Positions 46,213 through 55,203 of a DNA stretch of 64,000 nucleotides are shown in pieces. The notes under the pieces are model-generated. The model saw only the letters and a program-made list of their open reading frames with translations. It was not told where the DNA came from and searched no databases. Source of the stretch: Rectinema sp. (GTDB taxonomy: Bacteria > Spirochaetota > Spirochaetia > Treponematales > Rectinemataceae); assembly GCA_035415815.1 (NCBI GenBank), contig DAOOGR010000001.1, positions 990 to 64,989 on the forward strand. Reading direction: 5' to 3'. The first letter of the stretch is position 1. Every line of letters starts with the position of its first letter. Made by a program: the position numbers and the translations under genes.

Positions 46213-47178
46213 TCACCTAATTTGTGCATAGAATGATCGGCTAGGCAACACACCGCCAACGCTTGTAGGATCGAATTTCAAGAATACTGATAGTAAAGCC
46301 TCAATGCTTTGGATTGATTGAGAAGCTTCAATAAATACAAAATTAGAGTTTGGGATGGCAATAATTGCCACTTGAGCGCTAATGCCTAGATCTAAATTCT
46401 CTGCAAGCTTTGCTATCATCTGCGGATCCTCGATAGCTTTTTGGACAGAAGCACGATACGAATCAAGCAATATTCTTGCTTTATCTGGATGTAATTCAAT
46501 TAGTTCTTTTCTGGCGACAAAGAGAGACATGGGATAATCCGTCTGATTTGTAGCAATCTGCCATTCCTTTGTGATGTCTATGGGTGCTATTATGGCTGGA
46601 TTTTTAAGAATTGCTTGAGTTGCAAATGGTTCTGGCAATACAGCATAAGATATCTTTCCGCTAGCAAGCCCTGCTGCTATCTCAGGATATGCTAGGCTAT
46701 AGATTGCTGTGTAATCTCTTTCTATTTGCAAACCTTTTTGGGCGCATAAGAATTGGAAGATATAATCAGGGGTGGCTTTTTGTCCTGCAATGTAGATCGT
46801 CTTACCTTTGCAGTCAGTAAGGCTTTGTAATTTGGGGTCTGTTGTCAAGAATTTGACCATACCATTGCCCACTACTGCCAAAGCTCTGATGGGCGCCCCA
46901 GCATTGTAGAGCTTAGCTGCTACATTTACAGGTAAAACACCAGCGTCTATTTCTCCATTTAGAAGTTTTGCGACTACCATGTCAGCGCTGGCAACCGATA
47001 TGAACTCAAATTCATTAGGGCTTGTTCTGGAAAGTTCAGACATCATCCATACACTGCTCAATCCAGAAGGGCCTCTAATGACCGATACTGCAATCTTATC
47101 TTTAGGCAATGCATATAGAATAGAAATACTAGCCAGTAGCAAAAATAAGGCAACCAGAAAGATCATAGATCGCTTCAT
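46213..47178 (-). CDS. ABC transporter substrate-binding protein (NMT1/SsuA-like)
   Basis: Signal peptide and a periplasmic-binding type-2 fold pattern shared with sulfonate/nitrate/taurine binders. Confidence 0.8.
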   Translation of the reverse strand: MKRSMIFLVALFLLLASISILYALPKDKIAVSVIRGPSGLSSVWMMSELSRTSPNEFEFISVASADMVVAKLLNGEIDAGVLPVNVAAKLYNAGAPIRALAVVGNGMVKFLTTDPKLQSLTDCKGKTIYIAGQKATPDYIFQFLCAQKGLQIERDYTAIYSLAYPEIAAGLASGKISYAVLPEPFATQAILKNPAIIAPIDITKEWQIATNQTDYPMSLFVARKELIELHPDKARILLDSYRASVQKAIEDPQMIAKLAENLDLGISAQVAIIAIPNSNFVFIEASQSIQSIEALLSVFLKFDPTSVGGVLPSRSFYAQIR

Positions 47179-48620
47179 ATTAAGTTCTCCTCTTTAGTTT
47201 GATATTCTTGAAAAATCTCCCTTACTTCAGCCTCTGTAAAAGTAATATATAAATTTTTCTCTAAATAGGGAATAACCAAGCCTATTGGTCCATCTTTTAC
47301 CTTTCGTAGATTTTTGACAAAAGTCGTATGAACATCACCACCACCATTTTTTCGAGCTTTTGAGTAGTATATTGCAAGCTTTGCTGCAGATTGGATTACT
47401 TCTGGGGGGATCGATTTGTTTTTCTTAGCTTTGATAAATACATAAGAGCCGGCATAATCCCGTGCATGCAGCCATAAGTCTGAACCCCGCACAAAATGCC
47501 GAAGGATATCTTCGTTTTCTTTGCCTGAGCGACCGATCAAAATTCTCCAGCCTCTAAAATCAAGATATTGACAAGGAAAAGCAGGCTTCTCTTTCGAACG
47601 AGCGGTTCCGCCTTTTCGTAGGATTTTTGCTATGATTAAGGGATTAGTCTCATTCTCAAGTCTATGGAGCCAAGTGTCCAACTGATTAAGGCTTTTTTGC
47701 CAATGCTGAATTTCGGAACGAATCTCTTCGAGGCTAGATTTAGCCTTTCGGTATTTTTCGTAATAGATGCCTGCATTTTTGGCAGGATTGAGATTTTGAT
47801 TTATCTCGATAAGAATCTCTTTATTATCATAATAATCATAGGCACGCGCAAATGCTTTTTTCCCTTGTATCTCAGTGTAATATCCGGCTAGCAAAATATC
47901 TCCCAATTGGCGGAATCGTTCGGCTTGTTCATACTCGTTTTGTTTAGATACAAGGTGATTCAATCTCGTCTCGATTGATAGCTTTTTTCTTTCATATCTG
48001 TCGTGCGCTTGAGCTAGCAAGATAGAGCGAGAAAGATTGTCGGCATTTTGGGCATAAAATTGTTCTATACGTTTCCAGAATGTACCATCTCCTTCGAGGT
48101 CGCGAACTACATAATGCTTAGAATATTGCTTATTGCTATCTAGTTGCTGAGGCAATATAAAGGTTGATCCAGATACTTCATTCCGAGCTGGAAGGCGTCG
48201 TAGTGCATCGATGATTATGCCCTCGGCAGAGACTAAGAGGATATTTCCTGCTCCGCTCCATAACCTTGCATATAGATAGGATTGTTCCGGGGCCCCTTCT
48301 TCATTAGTTCTGATAATATCGATTTTTGCAATGCGATCTTTGCCAATCTGTGATGCATATAATATGGTGCCTCCTCTAATTCTTGAGCGAAGACATTCCA
48401 TAAATCGCAAAGGGCGCTCGTTTTTTGGAGCTGGAGTGCTTAATGGATGGAGCCTGCAAGCATTTTGGGCGATGCTAAAAAAATAATAAGTCAATGTACC
48501 TTTGCCAAAAAGTTCCAATATAAGAGAATCATAAGTTGGTTGATAGATATTTTGAATTTTTGTACCGACAAGCGGAGCTTCGCTTAGAATGAGATCTATT
48601 TCTTCACAATTTAGTGACAT
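47175..48620 (-). CDS. NFACT-family ribosome quality-control protein (RqcH/FbpA-like)
   Basis: NFACT-N start (LILSEAPLVGTKIQNIYQPTYDSLILELF), a coiled-coil middle, and a DUF814/NFACT-R segment GWRILIGRSGKENEDI...DLWLHARDYAGSYVFIK. Confidence 0.8.
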   Translation of the reverse strand: MSLNCEEIDLILSEAPLVGTKIQNIYQPTYDSLILELFGKGTLTYYFFSIAQNACRLHPLSTPAPKNERPLRFMECLRSRIRGGTILYASQIGKDRIAKIDIIRTNEEGAPEQSYLYARLWSGAGNILLVSAEGIIIDALRRLPARNEVSGSTFILPQQLDSNKQYSKHYVVRDLEGDGTFWKRIEQFYAQNADNLSRSILLAQAHDRYERKKLSIETRLNHLVSKQNEYEQAERFRQLGDILLAGYYTEIQGKKAFARAYDYYDNKEILIEINQNLNPAKNAGIYYEKYRKAKSSLEEIRSEIQHWQKSLNQLDTWLHRLENETNPLIIAKILRKGGTARSKEKPAFPCQYLDFRGWRILIGRSGKENEDILRHFVRGSDLWLHARDYAGSYVFIKAKKNKSIPPEVIQSAAKLAIYYSKARKNGGGDVHTTFVKNLRKVKDGPIGLVIPYLEKNLYITFTEAEVREIFQEYQTKEENLI

Positions 48621-48677
48621 AGAGACACTCCAAACATTCTAGAAAGCAGCCAATATCATTTCCGATATCAAGAGGTT

Positions 48678-51449
48678 CTATCGGCCATGGCAATATTTAT
48701 ATTTCTTGCCCGAACCGCATGGGCATGGATCATTGCGACCTATTTTCTTTCCTTGTCTTACAACTGTAGCAGTAGCTGGTGCGGATGCCGCAGCTATAGC
48801 AGACTCTTTTCGTACTGATTGACTTTCGTTAGCAAAAGAACTTACTGCCTCGTGACTTGTCTGTGTTGCTTCTATCCTCGATGCTGATCGCGGACTTGTT
48901 GCTTCAACTGTTGAGGTACTTTCTTTGATTCTTACTCTAAAGACTTTTGAGGCGATATTGTGCCGTATCGAGAAAATCAAGGATTCGAAAATATCCGATC
49001 CTTCGATCTTATACTCGAGTAGAGGATTTTTTTGAGCATAACTTCGCAAGTATACTGCTTCTCTGAGAGCTTCCATCGATTCTAGGTGATTTAGCCATTT
49101 TTCATCAATTTCTTGCAAATACGAAAATCTAATGAAAAAATTGAGGCTTTCGGCTCCCGCTGCTTGTATCTTTGAATCGAGATCAAGCTCAAGTTTATTC
49201 CTAATCGCAGGAATAAGCTCGTCTGACTTGTAAAGAGCAGTCAACTCTTTTGCTGTCATTTCTATGCCAAAGCTATCAAAAAGCCATAAGCTAAATTCTT
49301 GAATTGCTTTGTTTGGATTATCCTTGAATTCCTGGGTGAGAATAGCATTCTGATCTTCTAGCATTTCGTAGGCTGCATCGCGTACTCTCTCTATAAGATT
49401 GTCATCAGCTAGGATTGAGTTCCTCTGTTCATAAATGAAGTTACGTTGCTTATTTAGAACATCGTCGTATTCAAGCAGATGTTTTCGTATTTCGAAGTTT
49501 CTCTCTTCAACCTTTTTTTGTGCGCTTTCGATGGATTTGCTGAGTAGAGGATGATAGATTGGTTCTCCTGGTTTCATGCCAGCTCTGCCCATCAGTTGTT
49601 TGAAATTGTCTCCTCCAAATAGGCGCATGAGATCATCGTCTAAAGAAATAAAAAACACCGAGCGGCCAGGATCTCCTTGACGTCCGCTTCTGCCTCGCAG
49701 CTGATTGTCAATGCGCCTTGCCTCATGACGCTCGGTACCTAAGACGCAAAGTCCTCCGAGGCTTTTGACTTCTTCATAATCCTTAGTCCATGTCTCGTAT
49801 TCTCGAGATAAGATCTCTCTATATTTTTCTTCAGGTGCTTCGGTACCAGCTTTTCGCCTTGCACGGAACTCCGGATTTCCTCCAAGCTTAATATCTGTTC
49901 CACGTCCCGCCATATTTGTTGCAATAGTAACTGCTCCCTTAGAACCTGCTTCTGCAATTATTAGGGCTTCACGTGCATGGTTCTTGGCATTCAAGACCTC
50001 GTGCTTTATGCCATTTCTTATGAGCAAGGAAGATAGCTTTTCTGATTTTTCAATGGATACCGTACCTACTAGAATAGGTTGTCCCTTTGTGTGCATTTCT
50101 CTTATTGCCTCGATAATGGCATCGTACTTCTCAGCTTCATTTAGATATACAAGGTCATTCTCATCTTTTCGAACAACAGGCCTATTTGTAGGGACTACCA
50201 TTACATCAAGATTGTATATTTTATTAAACTCTTCAGCTTCTGTTTCGGCAGTGCCGGTCATTCCGGCTAGTTTTTTATATAATCTAAAGTAATTTTGGAA
50301 TGTTATTGTAGCAAGTGTGCGATTGCGCCTAGCAATCTTGATTCGTTCCTTAGCCTCGATAGCTTCGTGAAGACCATCGGAGTATCGTCTACCATGAAGA
50401 ATTCGGCCTGTAAATTCATCTACTATTTGAACTTGATTATCTTGTACAACATAATCGACATCTTTAGAGAAAAGATGCTGGGCACGAACCGCTTGAGTAA
50501 AATAATGGACAAATTGAAAATTTTCAGGGTCAAAAAGGCTTTCCTTTATTAATCCTCTCTTCTGTAACAATAGTTCAATATGGTTTAATCCTTCGCTTGT
50601 GAACATGACTCGCTTGGATTTTTCATCTATTTTATAATCTCCTTCCAATAGTTCGCCTTTGGCTTCGTCGGGATACTCGCCGGTCTCAGGGTTCTTCTTG
50701 ACTTCGAGAAGGGAGGAAGCAAGTCGATTGACCTCATTTACCTTGTAAGTGTCATCATCTGCAGGGCCTGAGATAATAAGTGGGGTTCTAGCCTCATCGA
50801 TGAGGATGGAGTCGATTTCATCGATGATGCAGTAATAATGACCTCGCTGCACTTTTTGATCCAAAGACCAAACCATATTATCCCGCAGATAATCAAAACC
50901 GAATTCGTTGTTGGTTCCATATGTGATATCGCAGGAATAAGCGACTTTTCTAGCTATATTATCCATGGAGGAGAGAATGCATCCGACTGTAAGCCCAAGA
51001 AACTTATAGATTTGCCCCATCCATTGACTATCGCGTTCTGCTAGATAGTCGTTTACGGTTATGATGTGGACTCCTTGTCCTGCTAATGCATTTAAGTAAG
51101 CCGCGGTTACTGAAGATAGAGTCTTTCCTTCTCCTGTTTTCATCTCTACGATTTTGCCTTGATGCAGCGCAATTCCTCCAATTATCTGCACATCGAATGG
51201 ACGCTCACCTAGTTTTCTTCGGGCTGCTTCTCGCACAAGAGCAAAAGCTTCCGGTAAAAGATCATCGAGAGTCTCTCCTTTGGCAAGGCGATCCTTGAAT
51301 TTTATCGTCAAAGCAGGGAAGTCGCTATCATCAAGAGACAGAGCCCAAGACTCTAGTTCGTTGATTTTATGGAGAAGTGGCAAAACAGCTTTGATATCTT
51401 TTTCTTCTTTTGAACCCAAGAGGGCGGAAAGGATTGTATTTCTAGCCAT
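48678..51449 (-). CDS. secA: preprotein translocase ATPase SecA
   Basis: 923 aa. DEAD-like motor motifs MKTGEGKTL and DEIDSILIDEARTPLIISG, and a C-terminal zinc tail CPCGSGKKYKYCHG. Confidence 0.97.
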   Translation of the reverse strand: MARNTILSALLGSKEEKDIKAVLPLLHKINELESWALSLDDSDFPALTIKFKDRLAKGETLDDLLPEAFALVREAARRKLGERPFDVQIIGGIALHQGKIVEMKTGEGKTLSSVTAAYLNALAGQGVHIITVNDYLAERDSQWMGQIYKFLGLTVGCILSSMDNIARKVAYSCDITYGTNNEFGFDYLRDNMVWSLDQKVQRGHYYCIIDEIDSILIDEARTPLIISGPADDDTYKVNEVNRLASSLLEVKKNPETGEYPDEAKGELLEGDYKIDEKSKRVMFTSEGLNHIELLLQKRGLIKESLFDPENFQFVHYFTQAVRAQHLFSKDVDYVVQDNQVQIVDEFTGRILHGRRYSDGLHEAIEAKERIKIARRNRTLATITFQNYFRLYKKLAGMTGTAETEAEEFNKIYNLDVMVVPTNRPVVRKDENDLVYLNEAEKYDAIIEAIREMHTKGQPILVGTVSIEKSEKLSSLLIRNGIKHEVLNAKNHAREALIIAEAGSKGAVTIATNMAGRGTDIKLGGNPEFRARRKAGTEAPEEKYREILSREYETWTKDYEEVKSLGGLCVLGTERHEARRIDNQLRGRSGRQGDPGRSVFFISLDDDLMRLFGGDNFKQLMGRAGMKPGEPIYHPLLSKSIESAQKKVEERNFEIRKHLLEYDDVLNKQRNFIYEQRNSILADDNLIERVRDAAYEMLEDQNAILTQEFKDNPNKAIQEFSLWLFDSFGIEMTAKELTALYKSDELIPAIRNKLELDLDSKIQAAGAESLNFFIRFSYLQEIDEKWLNHLESMEALREAVYLRSYAQKNPLLEYKIEGSDIFESLIFSIRHNIASKVFRVRIKESTSTVEATSPRSASRIEATQTSHEAVSSFANESQSVRKESAIAAASAPATATVVRQGKKIGRNDPCPCGSGKKYKYCHGR

Positions 51450-51488
51450 GCATTAAGAATACTTTTGTTCTCAAAAAGGGTCAAGGAA

Positions 51489-51497
51489 TGGTATAAT
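51489..51497 (+). promoter_or_regulatory. extended -10 promoter element (TGnTATAAT), leaderless geometry
   Basis: TGGTATAAT at 51489..51497, followed by 7 nt (TTCGAAA) and the ATG at 51505. No SD. Confidence 0.5.
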
Positions 51498-51504
51498 TTC
51501 GAAA

Positions 51505-52659
51505 ATGAAGAGATTTGTAAGTATTTTATGCTTGCTAGTAGTCGTAGCTGATTTCCTTATAAGCTGCCACTCCTCCGTAGAAGAAGGAAAGATACAAGCG
51601 CTTTTTGACCTTGGTTATGGCAGATCTGATTCATCGATCGATATATCTATCCAAAATAAGAATTCAGTTGATATTTGCCTTAGGAAAGGAATATTTCATC
51701 TGCTGAGTCGGGGAGAGGCAAAAATCCTTCGCATTTCTTCTTATGGCCAGACTCTTGCAATGTGGTATGACCCTAAAAAAGGAAGTGCACCTCTTGTCCT
51801 CAAAGATGTCCAGATGAGTGACTTTTCTTCAGAGGAAGATCTAGGCCGTTTTGCAATTCAGGTTTCATTCAATGATCCTGGCTATATTGCTACAGATTCA
51901 AGGCAAATGCTCTATGTCGCTGATGCTCAAGTTGTAAGGAGGTTTGATTCCGATGGTAGGGAGCTGCCTTTTCTTGGACAAGAAGGCATTGGAGGAATTA
52001 GATTCCCAGTAATAACTGCACTCGATGTTCTCAGCAATGATGATATTGCGGTTTCCTGCGCATCTGAGTCGGAAAAAGCAGTCTATTTCTATGATCGAAA
52101 TGGTACCTTTTTGCAAGTGCTAAAATGGGATGGGCAGCATATGCCCGTTCCTGTTTCAGTTGCGGAGAATCATCCAAATGCAAGTGGCTCGCGCATAATT
52201 GCCTCGCTTGAGTCATTTCTACCGTGCTTCTTGAATGGGAAAAGAGTAGTAATTCTCAAGATCAACTATTATTCGGAGAAATACGATCCTTCATCGGGAG
52301 TGACAATTTCGATCGAGCCTATTGGTGGTTGGATTATGGTGACAGATGCATCAAGCGGCGCATTTTTGAATTCTTTTCCTTTGCAGAGTAGTCTTGAAGA
52401 TTTGGGTATCGATCAACAGATGATCGCAGCACAATCGAATGATATTTTCTGTATTCGTTGGAGAGATGTAGGGTTGGCCGGAGAGGTTTTCCGCTTTAAT
52501 CAACAGGGAAGGATAAATGGAAAATTGGATTTTCAAGTACCTGATGATGGTGCTTCTCTTATAGCTATGATCATTGGTGATGATGGAAATTTATATATGC
52601 TTACTCAATTATCTTCCAAGCTGAGGATGTATACATGGAAAATACTCACCTTGAGATGA
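51505..52659 (+). CDS. hypothetical lipoprotein
   Basis: Signal peptide with lipobox-like FLISC. 384 aa, beta-rich, no family recognised. Confidence 0.6.
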   Translation: MKRFVSILCLLVVVADFLISCHSSVEEGKIQALFDLGYGRSDSSIDISIQNKNSVDICLRKGIFHLLSRGEAKILRISSYGQTLAMWYDPKKGSAPLVLKDVQMSDFSSEEDLGRFAIQVSFNDPGYIATDSRQMLYVADAQVVRRFDSDGRELPFLGQEGIGGIRFPVITALDVLSNDDIAVSCASESEKAVYFYDRNGTFLQVLKWDGQHMPVPVSVAENHPNASGSRIIASLESFLPCFLNGKRVVILKINYYSEKYDPSSGVTISIEPIGGWIMVTDASSGAFLNSFPLQSSLEDLGIDQQMIAAQSNDIFCIRWRDVGLAGEVFRFNQQGRINGKLDFQVPDDGASLIAMIIGDDGNLYMLTQLSSKLRMYTWKILTLR

Positions 52660-52733
52660 GATAGCTTATTCAAACCCTTGATCCCTTTGATATGCAGAGA
52701 AAATAATATGCAAAAGATTCAGAACAATTATGA

Positions 52734-52761
52734 TGACATTCTATAGCATTTCCGCTATAGT
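52734..52761 (+). promoter_or_regulatory. candidate rnz promoter (near-leaderless geometry)
   Basis: ATGACA (52734..52739), a 16-nt spacer, then TATAGT (52756..52761), followed by 9 nt and the ATG at 52771. No SD. Confidence 0.45.
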
Positions 52762-52770
52762 CATTTCGCT

Positions 52771-53700
52771 ATGAATTTAGAAGCATTTGTCCTCGGATGT
52801 GGTGGCATGATGCCCCTCCCTTATAGACATCTAACTAGCATGCTTATACGTAGAGAGGGGGAGTTGTTTCTTTTTGATGCTGGAGAGGGAACCCAGGTTT
52901 CGATTCGAAGGTTAAATCTACGCTGGAAAAAGATCACTGCTATTTTTATCTCTCATATGCATGCTGATCATGTTACTGGCCTGCCGGGCATTCTAATGCT
53001 CTCTAGCCAGGTGGATAGGGAAGAACCGCTATATATTTTTGGGCCTCCAAAGATTGCAGAATTTGTTGATCAGAATAGGCATCTCTTGGATATGTATATC
53101 AATTACGAAATCATCGTAAGAGAGATATATGAAGCTGGAACTATATGGCAGGGTGATGATTATTCGATAAGAGCCTTTCCTCTAAAGCATACCAAAATGT
53201 GCTTTGGTTATGCGTTGGAAGAATCTAAGCGTCCTGGCGTTTTTTATCCAGAAAAGGCCCTTGCGCTGGGTGTCCCTCGTGGTCCTCTTTGGTCTGAGCT
53301 TCAGTCCGGCAAGACAGTCCGGCTTACAGAAGGAAGCTCTATAAAACCTTCAGAAGTTATGGGCGAGCCTCGTAGCGGAAGGAAATTCAGTTTCGTTACA
53401 GATACGCTTTATTTCCCAGAAATTGCTCAAGAGGTATCAAATTCGGATCTTCTTATATGCGAAGGGATGTTCGAACACGCGCTTATTGAGAGCGCTGTTG
53501 ACAAGCGGCATATGACTGCACATCAAGCTGCTCTGATTGCTCGTGATGCTGGCAATATAAAAAAGCTGGGCTTAATTCACTATAGCCCGCGATATGCTGA
53601 TCGAGAGCTCAAAATTTTACTCGACGAAGCCCGAGAAATATTTCCTGATACCGTGCTTACAAAGGACAGAATGCGTTTCCCCATTGAGTTTGTCGATTAG
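52771..53700 (+). CDS. rnz: ribonuclease Z
   Basis: Metallo-beta-lactamase motif SHMHADHVTGLPG. The length (309 aa) and C-terminal HYSPRY are typical of the short form of RNase Z. Confidence 0.9.
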   Translation: MNLEAFVLGCGGMMPLPYRHLTSMLIRREGELFLFDAGEGTQVSIRRLNLRWKKITAIFISHMHADHVTGLPGILMLSSQVDREEPLYIFGPPKIAEFVDQNRHLLDMYINYEIIVREIYEAGTIWQGDDYSIRAFPLKHTKMCFGYALEESKRPGVFYPEKALALGVPRGPLWSELQSGKTVRLTEGSSIKPSEVMGEPRSGRKFSFVTDTLYFPEIAQEVSNSDLLICEGMFEHALIESAVDKRHMTAHQAALIARDAGNIKKLGLIHYSPRYADRELKILLDEAREIFPDTVLTKDRMRFPIEFVD

Positions 53701-53716
53701 GCCCCATATCACTGTT

Positions 53717-55084
53717 TTATGCTATAGCGCTAGCTGGCTTAAATGCCAGGATTCTTGAGCCGCTTCTTTCCTGTGCTTCTTCAAGTGCTGCAAAAGCCTC
53801 CCTATATAGGCGATCAGGGAAGATCACGCGATCATATCGGGCGCTTATCCCAAAATAGAAGGGTGGTTCTTCTGATAGATCTTTATAGAGACTAGCGGTG
53901 GTTGTGAGCACATCATCTAGATCCACTGCCACTTTGAGTGCTGAACCAGCATCTGTGCCGGGCAAAACAGCAGCATAACAGCCTTTTCCAAGCTCGAAGA
54001 CGAGCGATTCCGATGCAAAATAGTCGCGAATAGTGACTCCTAAAGCCAAGGCGCTTGGGTCTAACTCACCAGAAAGTATACAGTGAATAAGGAGCAGAGA
54101 TGTTTCTTGATCGCGTTGAAGCTCAATATCAAGGTTACGCTTAAGTTCAGCAAGTGAAAGGGTAGAGGGAAAAACCTCGGGCAGTGGTACTTCTTCGGTT
54201 TCCTCATCGGTCTGAGGTGCAGGGGCAACGAATTCTCCAGGCAGGAAATCATCAGAAGATGAGAGAGGCTTTGGAATCGCTTCGGATTCTGATTGGGCAG
54301 CTTGAATATTTTCTGGAGCTCTTACCTCTTTCTGGGCAATTTCTTCTTCTCTTTCTTCTTCTTCTTCTTCTGCTGCTGCTTCTGCTTTTGCTTCTTCTTC
54401 TATATTTTCTATAGTCTCTTGAACTGCGGGGTTTTTGATGTTTTCTTGGGTTGCAGAAAGAGCTTCTTCAGAATATGAGGCACTCTCTAATGGATTCTCT
54501 TGATACTCTTGCTTTTCAATAGTTTCAGTTAATTCTTCTTTAACAATTTCTTCTTCAGGCTCTTTAGGTTTCTCCTTTAATACAAGTTGCAATACCACAA
54601 GAAGCACAATCCATGCGGAAAGTATGATAGCTGGAACAATAAGAATATTCGAAATATCTCTTTGAGATAAAATTGAATAAAGAGCCATAAGCTTCATGCC
54701 GTCGGGAAGGGGTGTCATGTAGATTATTGTCGACATACCTGGAGCATGAAATACGCTGCCAGGATTTGTAGCTGGCGAAGCAAAGTAGGGCGACTCATCG
54801 GGCATTTTCCAGAGAACAAGTCCGTTGCGATCAAGTACTTGAACAGCAAGCAAATGTGTGCTTGCGTTATATAGGGATTTAAGCCTATCTCTTACGAATT
54901 GATCGCCAAGATCTTCTTCGCTTGCTATAAGAGATGCTGCATTTCGCAGGATGGAATACTCAGCAGATGCGCTCTGTTCTCCCAGAAGGCGTATCTCACC
55001 GATCTTCCATGCGACATATCCGACAATGAGAGCTAAAAGCACAAAAGTGCCAATGAATAAGATTATACGCAATGTTCGTTTCAT
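53717..55084 (-). CDS. membrane protein with a Glu-rich linker and a degenerate GGDEF-like C-terminal domain
   Basis: Two TM segments flank a loop of about 130 aa. The acidic low-complexity region is EEEAKAEAAAEEEEEEREEE. The C-terminus FELGKGCYAAVLPGTDAGSAL...FGISAR...LYREAFAALEEAQERSGSRILAF aligns to RYGGDEFAVLLP...SIGVA...ADEALYRAKRxGRN. The start is uncertain (55084, 55093 or the TTG at 55123). Confidence 0.6.
   Translation of the reverse strand: MKRTLRIILFIGTFVLLALIVGYVAWKIGEIRLLGEQSASAEYSILRNAASLIASEEDLGDQFVRDRLKSLYNASTHLLAVQVLDRNGLVLWKMPDESPYFASPATNPGSVFHAPGMSTIIYMTPLPDGMKLMALYSILSQRDISNILIVPAIILSAWIVLLVVLQLVLKEKPKEPEEEIVKEELTETIEKQEYQENPLESASYSEEALSATQENIKNPAVQETIENIEEEAKAEAAAEEEEEEREEEIAQKEVRAPENIQAAQSESEAIPKPLSSSDDFLPGEFVAPAPQTDEETEEVPLPEVFPSTLSLAELKRNLDIELQRDQETSLLLIHCILSGELDPSALALGVTIRDYFASESLVFELGKGCYAAVLPGTDAGSALKVAVDLDDVLTTTASLYKDLSEEPPFYFGISARYDRVIFPDRLYREAFAALEEAQERSGSRILAFKPASAIA
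54341..54400. repeat. TTC/TGC trinucleotide tract (GAA/GCA on the coding strand)
   Basis: Includes 6 uninterrupted TTC units (54353..54370) followed by 3 TGC units. It encodes the poly-Glu/Ala linker of the gene above. Confidence 0.8.
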
Positions 55085-55203
55085 TTTTTCCATCCCTGCA
55101 GTATATAATATCATTATCGGCAAATACCTGCCCAGTTGGAGAGTATTGTTTATTGATTCAAATGCACATAATGCATGGGATTGCCGCTAGGAGGATAAAA
55201 GCC

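Noticed and set aside
54184-54478. Leu/Phe/Cys-rich plus-strand ORFs (54184..54414 and 54293..54478).
   Set aside because: They are reading-frame artefacts of the TTC/TGC repeat, antisense to the Glu-rich linker of the real gene.
55162-55176. Second ATGCA-N5-TGCAT palindrome upstream of the Memo-like gene, considered as a shared operator with 17486..17498.
   Set aside because: The spacing differs (5 nt versus 1 nt), and the half-site is only 5 nt and contains the common ATGCAT palindrome. Chance occurrence cannot be excluded by eye.
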